Program-made: the position numbers and the translations under genes
Assembly: GCA_964388035.1 (NCBI GenBank)
Contig: CAYLZE010000042.1
Coordinates: forward strand, 1 to 39,748
DNA length: 39,748 bases
DNA from: an uncultured archaeon
GTDB taxonomy: Archaea; Asgardarchaeota; Lokiarchaeia; Sigyniarchaeales; SOKP01
Direction: 5' to 3'
In this document: positions 10,771-18,443 of the stretch, piece after piece
How the letters are laid out: every line of letters begins with the position of its first letter
How positions within the stretch are numbered: the stretch's first letter is position 1
The notes under the pieces: model-generated
Database searches by the model: none
The model's input: the letters and a program-made list of their open reading frames with translations, nothing else
Told to the model about the DNA's origin: nothing

Positions 10771-11541
10771 CTAATGTCCTTCTTTTACAAATTTCGTGAT
10801 TCGGGTTCTTGCTTCCTCAGAGCTTCCTGTATCTTGCATTGCCATTGCTTCTCTATCTAATACCGCATCGATAGGAAGATCTTGGTTTTCATTTACGAGT
10901 TGTTTTGTATATTTCACCGCTAAATGCGATTTGCTTACAATGGAATTTGCTGTCATCTTAAGGGTTCTACTTAACGCATTTAGTTTTACAACTTGGGTGA
11001 CCAAGCCTATTTTAAGAGCTTCCTCTGCATTGATTTCTTGTCCTAAAAGCATGAGATGTTTAGCCCGGCCTTCTCCAATTATCCGGGGTAATAGTTTAGT
11101 AGAAGCGTTGGAAAAGAATATTCCTACCCCTAATTCTGGTAGCATTATTCTGGTATCATCTGCTGCGATCCTGATGTCACAATATAAGGTGTGCTCAAAT
11201 CCTCCACCAATAATCCAACCGTGCATTCCAACAATAATAATGCCCGGATGAGCCATCATCGCTCGAGTTAAGGTCTGAAAGGTATTTTGAAATAAAACTC
11301 CTTCTTGAAGACGTAAAGGATCCATCATTACTTCATAACCATACTTTAAATCAGCACCTACTGTGAAATGCTTGCCTTCCGCCTGATATATAACGCACAC
11401 ATCTCCATTTTGCGCACTTTTCTTAAAAGCATCAATTAATTGATTTAAAGTATTCTGATCCAAGGTATTCCTTTGCTCGGGCTTATTTAATGTGATGGTT
11501 CCTACGTGCCCTTCTTTATTATACAATACTTCTTCTGTCAA
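10771..11541 (-). CDS. Enoyl-CoA hydratase/isomerase family protein
   Basis: ITLNKPEQRN, FTVGADL, GGGFE, PELGVGI, EALKIGLV. Confidence 0.92.
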   Translation of the reverse strand: MTEEVLYNKEGHVGTITLNKPEQRNTLDQNTLNQLIDAFKKSAQNGDVCVIYQAEGKHFTVGADLKYGYEVMMDPLRLQEGVLFQNTFQTLTRAMMAHPGIIIVGMHGWIIGGGFEHTLYCDIRIAADDTRIMLPELGVGIFFSNASTKLLPRIIGEGRAKHLMLLGQEINAEEALKIGLVTQVVKLNALSRTLKMTANSIVSKSHLAVKYTKQLVNENQDLPIDAVLDREAMAMQDTGSSEEARTRITKFVKEGH

Positions 11542-11774
11542 TTCAATAACCTATTTTTTTAATTTATTTTAAAACTAGTTGAGTTTGACAATATCAGTGA
11601 AAATAAAAATTTTTTTATATCCCTTTATTAAACTGATAAGAAATAATATAATTACTATTCCTTAATATCATTTATCCATGAGATTATTCATTTTAAAAAG
11701 TAAAAGAAATTCCTTGAAAAGACCTCATTACTTTATTGCAAATTAGGGCTGGAAGAAAGTTCAAATAATACTAT

Positions 11775-12941
11775 TTATTTTCCCTTTTTCTTAAAATCTC
11801 CAATAACTTCCGTGTATTTTTTAACAGAAATCGTTGTGGGATTCCTTCTGAAGCTTAAGGGAATGTCGCCACTACAGCGAGAACATATAGTTGATTTTCT
11901 AGTCCATTCCCTGAACTCATCTCCATGAGCAGGATAATTGCATTTAGGACATAATACAATTTTACGTCCTTTATCTTCGGGATATGAGGGAAGTTTAAAG
12001 CAAAAAATACATTTAAAATCATCGATAGATAACACTCCCGCCTTGGGTTTATATTTATCATAATTTACTGCTTTAGATTTTGCTGTCTTAGTTTTGGTGC
12101 CACTGACCCTTGTTGGTTTTCTTGAGGGTTGCACTGTTCGGCTACTGGTTTTAGCTCTTGATGTTCTCGATGAAGTAGAAGTTCTTATTGTTCTAGTTGG
12201 GGGAGTAGATCTACTTCTCGTGGTCGGGTTTGCTCGCGCTGGTGTACTACTTACTTGGTCAATTTGTCTCCTTCGACGAGCAATATAATCGGATGAAACA
12301 CGTGGCATGGCACGTCTTGAACCAAATATTCCATGTCTAATTAATAAATAAACGCAAATGATAGAAAAGACTAATAAAAGAATGTCAAAATAATTTTGAG
12401 GATAAGCAGAATATGTCGGATTTAAAACAGGACTTAAAAAATTCACGATTTCTGCTTGGAATATTAAATAAAGTATCACTATTATAATTAAGATAATAGA
12501 ATATCCAATTGCAAATTTTCGCGCAATAATCGACCTGGTTTTATAAATGTAAACGAGGTTATATTCCTTAAAACATTTCCGTAGAATAGTAAGACCATAT
12601 AAAAGCCAGGGAAAGGCAAAAATTAATCCCCATAAACTCAAATAAAAAAATGAGAATCCATCGCCCAAAAGATTATCTCCTAAAAATCCCGTATAATAAC
12701 TCCAGAAATTGTAGAAAAACCCGAAAAGCAAGGGACCAAACAAAAAAAAAGGAGTATTATGTGGCGAATTATATTCCTTATAATGTTTTCTTTTTTCAAA
12801 ATACTTTAGTAAAAAAAGAATCCAAGCTCCAAGTAATAATACGGTAAAAAAAATATTAGTTGAATTAAATATAAAGAATCCAAGAATGACTGCAATAACT
12901 AAACAAATAAGAGAAAAAATAATAGTACGTTTTTTAAACAT
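11775..12941 (-). CDS. Polytopic membrane protein (~6 TM) with Ser/Thr/Arg-rich linker and C-terminal RING-variant zinc finger; putative membrane E3 ligase
   Basis: Six hydrophobic segments in the first ~205 aa. Motif C-x2-C-x16-C-x2-C-x4-H-x2-E-x3-W-x6-C-x2-C at about 11874-12011. The start ATG overlaps the JAMM stop (TAATG). Confidence 0.75.
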   Translation of the reverse strand: MFKKRTIIFSLICLVIAVILGFFIFNSTNIFFTVLLLGAWILFLLKYFEKRKHYKEYNSPHNTPFFLFGPLLFGFFYNFWSYYTGFLGDNLLGDGFSFFYLSLWGLIFAFPWLLYGLTILRKCFKEYNLVYIYKTRSIIARKFAIGYSIILIIIVILYLIFQAEIVNFLSPVLNPTYSAYPQNYFDILLLVFSIICVYLLIRHGIFGSRRAMPRVSSDYIARRRRQIDQVSSTPARANPTTRSRSTPPTRTIRTSTSSRTSRAKTSSRTVQPSRKPTRVSGTKTKTAKSKAVNYDKYKPKAGVLSIDDFKCIFCFKLPSYPEDKGRKIVLCPKCNYPAHGDEFREWTRKSTICSRCSGDIPLSFRRNPTTISVKKYTEVIGDFKKKGK

Positions 12942-13744
12942 TATTCTTCATCATATTCAAGGTAAATTGCTTTCCCATCTACTATGGGATTAATGAAGTC
13001 TATTAATTGGGGTAATACAGAAGGATCCAAAGCTCCTCTTATCTCAAAAGATATATTATGAAACTTTCTTAATTCTAAATTCACTTTAAAAATATCAAAT
13101 CCATAAGACCTCCCATCAATTTGAGTAGGATCAATTACCAATGCTACAGCGTTCTCCCAAAACTTCTGGTACCTTGAATGCGTGTCTAAATCTTCTTCGC
13201 TTAAAAAAAGGCCATAGCTAGGATGAGAATGATACCATCCACAGATAAATAATTTATCATTTTTAATTTCATTATATGCTCTTGTATAACTTTTATAATC
13301 CTTTATCTCGGCATTTAATGCCGTACCGTGCCCCATCGGATAGGCATCTTTGATGTATAACTTTTCATTATTCGTATCTAGTTCTCCCGCTAATAATCCA
13401 ATTACTTCTATCCACTGAGATTTTGGAATCTTTGCATTTGCATATTTTAATGAATGGCTCGCTATTTTTAATACGGGCTTAATATCGATGATTAGTCTCG
13501 AAGTATTTTTTACATTTTGTGGAGATTCTTTAATATTCATTTTATCTACGGAAGTAGGAATCATCTCGGTATCAATCAATGAAGAAACTTCATTAATCAA
13601 ATCATTCACTTCTAATTGCAATTCTTTATAGACTTCTTCAACGAGCTCTTTGGTCATGCGTTCCTTGATCTTTTGCTTAATCCTTTTTTTAATCTCTTCT
13701 TTATTAAATTCGCTGCCACTCACTAAATTCTCACCACTTCTCAT
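12941..13744 (-). CDS. JAMM/MPN+ metallo-isopeptidase (Rpn11/CSN5-like) with N-terminal extension
   Basis: EVIGLL, GWYHSHPSYGLFLSEEDLDTH (complete E-xn-HxH-x7-S-x2-D motif), ALVIDP. Confidence 0.93.
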   Translation of the reverse strand: MRSGENLVSGSEFNKEEIKKRIKQKIKERMTKELVEEVYKELQLEVNDLINEVSSLIDTEMIPTSVDKMNIKESPQNVKNTSRLIIDIKPVLKIASHSLKYANAKIPKSQWIEVIGLLAGELDTNNEKLYIKDAYPMGHGTALNAEIKDYKSYTRAYNEIKNDKLFICGWYHSHPSYGLFLSEEDLDTHSRYQKFWENAVALVIDPTQIDGRSYGFDIFKVNLELRKFHNISFEIRGALDPSVLPQLIDFINPIVDGKAIYLEYDEE

Positions 13745-14267
13745 TTGCGTATTTCTTTACTAAATGTTTAACTTTCTTTTCGAAATAATCACGTTTTTCC
13801 ATCATTTCTATTGCAGCTTTTTTGTTGAACACATCTTTTGGATTTATAAACAACCCTCTAGTATTTAACATGGCAATAATCGCTTGAATTACCGTTGTTA
13901 TAGTTTTAGATGGGCTCCATCCTCCTTTTTGACCAACTAAAGAAGGATCCACGAGACTAAGGCAGATATTCCTCTGACCGGGATATTCAGAGGGTTTTGG
14001 CCAAAAGTTGGGATGCCATATTGCGGTGTGAAGTCTAACAAAGGGAGGCTGATTTGGATAAGCTGCCGGGAACTTGATTTCTAATTTAAATATTCCTTTT
14101 TGATACGCGGTCCCTTTGGGTCCTTTGATAGCAACTGCGAGATGATCAATACTTTTATTTTTAGGATCAAACGGTTTCAATTGAATAATCGTTCCATTTT
14201 TGAGCATTTTCTTTAAAGCAGCAAAATCTTGTGATATTCTCGATGATCTTAAACTCATGATATCCAC
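13731..14267 (-). CDS. Ubiquitin-conjugating enzyme E2 (UBC fold)
   Basis: GPKGTAYQKGIFKLEIKFPAAYPNQPP, IWHPN, catalytic ICLS, WSPSKTI. Confidence 0.95.
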   Translation of the reverse strand: MDIMSLRSSRISQDFAALKKMLKNGTIIQLKPFDPKNKSIDHLAVAIKGPKGTAYQKGIFKLEIKFPAAYPNQPPFVRLHTAIWHPNFWPKPSEYPGQRNICLSLVDPSLVGQKGGWSPSKTITTVIQAIIAMLNTRGLFINPKDVFNKKAAIEMMEKRDYFEKKVKHLVKKYANEKW

Positions 14268-14342
14268 ATCTATTTATTATTCCTATTAAATTCATGAAAA
14301 TTAATGTATTTAATTATGTTGTTAATAAAAAAAATCCCAAAA

Positions 14343-15569
14343 TTATGAAAGATGTAGAGTAACAAAAATTTGGTTTGCTTCCTTAAATCCCACCGCGGTA
14401 ATCAATTCTAACTCTCTTAATTGATTCTGAATTGGATTTAATTCCAAATCAATTTCTCTAATGTCGTTAAAATCCATGATTGTTAAAAGAGGTTCCATGT
14501 CCGGATCAAGACTAAATCCCATTTCCAATAATTTTTCTATTATTTTAGATGTAAGGTCCTTTTTAGAAATCTGAATGTCTACTCTTTTAACGGAGTTCCC
14601 GCATTGTAAGCAGTCCAGATTTCTCTTTTTCTCAACGGAATAAAGCTTTTGGGTCATTGCATTATATATGATATAGGATTTGGTAGGTTCCCCTAAAGCT
14701 TTATTTCCTCTCAACCAATGTAGAATTTTCACCGCTTCATGAGACTGCAATGAAGAAATCACAGCATTGATGGTTATTATTCCTGGGTCGTGTCGATCAA
14801 TTATTTTTACTATTTCATCGTCAGTAAATGGAGGGAGAAAATTATGTTTATTTACTAAGTTATTGGCATATTCTTTAAGATAACCAACGTCTTTAGAATT
14901 TTTTGGGTCTGGTTCTTTTTCAAATTGTTCTGCAAATGCCATGTTTGCTTTAAATACACAATGAATTCTTTTTCTTGGAATACCTACTACCGTACATGCC
15001 GCCATATCATCCATTTCTGCCTGGGGAAGGGGATTACATTCATAACAAGCATTTTCATAGGGAAAAACCGTATAAAGATGACCATGATATCCTGCTACAC
15101 CTCCATCTACCAATGGTTTTTTAAACCGCACGCATTGAGCGTTCAAGTTCAACCGTGCATTCATTGAATCAAGACCTCCAATAATTAAATCTGCTTTCTG
15201 ATAGAGAATAGGGGCCACTCTTTCTAATGAACTAAAATATCCCTCTATCTCTACATTTGGATTTATTCTTAATAAAGATCGCGCCGCAACCTTTGCCTTA
15301 GGTTCTCCCATTTTGGCGCCTGTAAAAAGTATTTGCCGATTCAAATTAGAATGTTCAATTATGTCTAGATCTACTAAGTCTAAATGGCCTACCCCGAGCA
15401 TGGTTAAATTTTTAGCAATTTCACACCCAAGTCCACCTACTCCCGCAATTAAGATACGCGAGTCTTTTATAATGCTTTGTGACCAACCTTCTAGTCTAAA
15501 TTGGCGATCATATAAATCTCGTTCTTCCGCGGTTAATTTATCACTAAAAAAATCTGAATCTTCCTTCAT
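14343..15569 (-). CDS. Ubiquitin-like activating enzyme E1 (ThiF adenylation domain with Uba2/Uba3-type catalytic-Cys insert)
   Basis: YDRQ, GVGGLG, DLDIIEHSNLNRQ, GLDSMNAR, zinc pairs CYEC and CLQC, catalytic ACTVVGIPRKRIHCV, PGIITINAVIS. Confidence 0.93.
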   Translation of the reverse strand: MKEDSDFFSDKLTAEERDLYDRQFRLEGWSQSIIKDSRILIAGVGGLGCEIAKNLTMLGVGHLDLVDLDIIEHSNLNRQILFTGAKMGEPKAKVAARSLLRINPNVEIEGYFSSLERVAPILYQKADLIIGGLDSMNARLNLNAQCVRFKKPLVDGGVAGYHGHLYTVFPYENACYECNPLPQAEMDDMAACTVVGIPRKRIHCVFKANMAFAEQFEKEPDPKNSKDVGYLKEYANNLVNKHNFLPPFTDDEIVKIIDRHDPGIITINAVISSLQSHEAVKILHWLRGNKALGEPTKSYIIYNAMTQKLYSVEKKRNLDCLQCGNSVKRVDIQISKKDLTSKIIEKLLEMGFSLDPDMEPLLTIMDFNDIREIDLELNPIQNQLRELELITAVGFKEANQIFVTLHLS

Positions 15570-15633
15570 TTTAGATCAGCTTAACTTTAAAAATATTAAA
15601 TTAAAATAATAAAATTTCTTACTTGACAAAATT

Positions 15634-15656
15634 AAAAAAAAAAATACTTAAAAAAA
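15634..15656 (-). terminator. Oligo-T tracts (T7 and T11 on the minus strand) just downstream of the Ubl gene; candidate archaeal terminator
   Basis: A-runs at 15634-15644 and 15650-15656 on the + strand. Archaeal terminators are U-rich, but the genome is AT-rich overall. Confidence 0.35.
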
Positions 15657-15666
15657 GGAAAAGTAA

Positions 15667-16014
15667 CTATCCTGCAGTGCTTGCAGGAATTAAAAGGACC
15701 TCGTCACCATTCTTAACATTATAATTTGATAAGGGTTGAGAATCATCCATAGTTACTCCGCCAGCAGATAAATGAAAGTCACTGGGATCGAGTCCAAAGA
15801 TATTACCAACCGTGCGCTTAATATCTCCTACTGAATTTCCATTATCAACAGATAATTTTTGTCTTTTTTCCCCAGGACCTACTGTGGATAAGAAATATAC
15901 ACCCATTTTTTCTCCTCCTGCAGATGCAGCAGGAGTTTTGGACTTCATTGCTGGAGCGGGAGTTTTCTCGTCTAATTCCTCATCAAATTCATCATCTTCA
16001 TTTTCAAAACTCAT
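15667..16014 (-). CDS. Ubiquitin-like beta-grasp modifier with acidic disordered N-terminal tail, ending -PASTAG
   Basis: Pattern KLSVDNGNSVGDIKRTV...FHLSAGGVTMDDSQPLSNYNVKNGDEVLL resembles ubiquitin (LEVEPSDTIENVK...[27 protein letters not shown]). Terminal Gly. First gene of the E1/E2 cluster. Confidence 0.88.
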   Translation of the reverse strand: MSFENEDDEFDEELDEKTPAPAMKSKTPAASAGGEKMGVYFLSTVGPGEKRQKLSVDNGNSVGDIKRTVGNIFGLDPSDFHLSAGGVTMDDSQPLSNYNVKNGDEVLLIPASTAG

Positions 16015-16174
16015 TTTTTAAACCTCTTTTTAATAATTAATTTGGATTGGTAATGATCTTATAACAACATGCATATTTAAATTTATGATTTTAGTTATAT
16101 TCATCAACAATGTTATTTAAGTTAATTATCTTATATATTATCAGAAACCTAATAAAATCTTTAATATTTTAACG

Positions 16175-17743
16175 ATGAAAGATAAAACACCCCCTAAATA
16201 CGAAATTAAGGATCAATCATCCATATCAAAGAGTATTTTAGAAAATGAACAATTAATAGAAAAAATTAAAGTAGAACGAGCGAAATTACAGTCCGAAAGA
16301 GAAGAATGGGAACAAGTTCTTAAAAAACTTCAGAACTATAATAAGACTATTGAAGATTTGGAAAAAGCACGCAAGCAAGGGGAAATAGAACTAAGAAATC
16401 TGGACAGTAAAAAAGAAGATTTAAATAATGATTTGGAGGAAATTCAAAAAAGAATTCAGGGGGAAAAAAAGAGGCTGGCACAAGGCACGGATTATGTAAA
16501 TGATCAAATTAAAGCAAAGAAGAAAGAATTAGAAGCACTCGATAAAGCAATTAATGAAAGAAATGAACGATTAAATGAAATAACCAAAGATTTTAAAAAG
16601 GAAAAAAAAGACCGGGAAAAAGAAAAGTCTATTGCTAAGACTCAAATCGAGGATATTAAGTCTAAAATTCCTAAATTGGAGAATATTGGAGAAAAACTAG
16701 AAAAGACCAAATTAGGTTTGGAAGATGATATCAAAAAATTAAAAAGTGAAAATGATCACCTTTTAGACGAAAGACAAAAGTTGAAAAAAGAAATAAATGA
16801 TATACAGAATACGATTTCCAACGAGAAAAAACTCATCGAGATTGAAAAAAGCAAAGTTAAAAATTATAGAGAAAAATTGAAGAAGAAAAATGACCAACTG
16901 AACGATCAATTTAAAGAAATAGCAAAGGAGAAGAAAAAATTAGATGATGAGCGAGATAAGATTAAGGACGCCCAAAAAGATTTAGAGAACAATAAAAAGC
17001 AAGAAGAAGCTAAATTAGGTCAAGTAAATTCAGAAATAAAAAATTTAGAGAAAAAGAAAGATTCTTTATTAAAAGATACTAACATTGCAGAGAAAAAAAT
17101 ACAAGATTCAAATAATCGATTGAAAGACTTAAAACGAGAAATAGATGATCTTTCCAATAAAAGAGATGATGTAAAAAAAGAATTATCGAATGTTCAAAAT
17201 ATGATCAATGATGAGAAGAAAAATATAGCGCAAGAAAGAGAAAAATTAAAGCAAGTGAGAGAGAAATTCATACAAAAAGATAAAGATTTAAATGATAAGT
17301 TCGATGATATCAATAAAAAAAAGAAGAAATTAAATAAAGTAAAGAATCAGGTGAAAAAAGAAAAGAATGAGTTAGAAAACACAAGAGCAACAGAAGAGGG
17401 AAAATTAAAACGAATTCATTCCGCTGTAAATGATTTAGAAAAGAAAAAGAATTCCCTAGAAAACGAGCGCAATAACTTGGAGAATAGAGTAAGAAAATTA
17501 AATAATGACTTGAAAGATATGGAGAAGAAGAAAGATAATATTGAGTCTAAAATCCGAGATCAAATACGACAAGTAGAAGCGAATAAAAATAAAGTCGAAA
17601 ATGAAAAACAATTAATTAAGAGAGAAAGGGATAAGTTAGAGCAAGAGAAGGCCCGGCTTAAGAAAGAACAAGAAAGATTTAAACAAGAAATTAAAAAATT
17701 AGATACCATTCCTAAATATAAAATCAGGTCAAAAACACCTTAA
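16175..17743 (+). CDS. Long K/E-rich coiled-coil protein with internal ~120-130 aa repeats
   Basis: Nearly continuous heptads with no globular or ATPase motif. Repeat units start near 16421, 16781 and 17171. Confidence 0.8.
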   Translation: MKDKTPPKYEIKDQSSISKSILENEQLIEKIKVERAKLQSEREEWEQVLKKLQNYNKTIEDLEKARKQGEIELRNLDSKKEDLNNDLEEIQKRIQGEKKRLAQGTDYVNDQIKAKKKELEALDKAINERNERLNEITKDFKKEKKDREKEKSIAKTQIEDIKSKIPKLENIGEKLEKTKLGLEDDIKKLKSENDHLLDERQKLKKEINDIQNTISNEKKLIEIEKSKVKNYREKLKKKNDQLNDQFKEIAKEKKKLDDERDKIKDAQKDLENNKKQEEAKLGQVNSEIKNLEKKKDSLLKDTNIAEKKIQDSNNRLKDLKREIDDLSNKRDDVKKELSNVQNMINDEKKNIAQEREKLKQVREKFIQKDKDLNDKFDDINKKKKKLNKVKNQVKKEKNELENTRATEEGKLKRIHSAVNDLEKKKNSLENERNNLENRVRKLNNDLKDMEKKKDNIESKIRDQIRQVEANKNKVENEKQLIKRERDKLEQEKARLKKEQERFKQEIKKLDTIPKYKIRSKTP

Positions 17744-18280
17744 TATTTTTCTTAATACGAGGAATGGTGGAAAAAAAGGGGTAAAATAATAATCACGCAG
17801 ATTGGTGATACTGATGCCAATAATTAGTAGAAATATGATTGAGGGTAAAATTTTATTAAAAAGAAACCACATGTTTTTACAAAAAATCATTCTCTAATTT
17901 TAAAATTAAGTTTTTAACTATTCAACTTATAAATTATTAATACTAAGCATTTTTATGATTTTGATTCCTTAGCAAAAAACGGCTAAACTATCATTTAAAG
18001 TATTGCAATTTAACTTTTCGCATATAACACATAAAAATAAATATTAAGATTAACCATAATTACTTGAAAAATCTGAAATGAATATAATAAATCATTCTTA
18101 AAAAGACATAGCAAAAATTTAGCTTTTTCCTCTCAGAGATTCGATCTTGTAGGATAATAGTAGGACTAAAATAGAAGAACGTTCATTGATCAATAATGAA
18201 ATACATTCTAAAAGAAATTGAGTCGTCCCTCACTTGCGGGAAATTTTTTCCCATATGTGTGGGATATCTTTGTTTAATAA

Positions 18281-18297
18281 TCGAAAGAGTTAAATAA
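18281..18297 (+). promoter_or_regulatory. Candidate BRE-TATA (CGAAAGAG-TTAAATA) upstream of tfb
   Basis: Purine-rich BRE-like element directly before TTAAATA, about 150 bp upstream of the ORF. Confidence 0.35.
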
Positions 18298-18443
18298 CGG
18301 GGTTAATATCTTTTTAAGTAATAAAGTATTATTGAATTTTTTTTTAGGATTTTTTTCTTTGTATCAAAATAAATAAATCACGATAATGGAAATTAATCTT
18401 AAATCAATTTATGATTACAAATTTAAAAAAATAATAAATATGG

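Noticed and set aside
10796-11251. Antisense or nested ORFs in the track (e.g. 10796..11251, 38598..39113, 15313..15609, 3323..3601, 19757..19999)
   Set aside because: They are shadows of well-supported genes and carry no motifs of their own.
15667-15669. Amber stop after the Ubl terminal Gly (possible read-through or propeptide)
   Set aside because: The downstream sequence is oligo-T and terminator-like. There is no evidence of recoding.
16175-17743. SMC/Rad50 assignment for the coiled-coil protein
   Set aside because: No Walker A/B, signature, hinge or zinc-hook motif.
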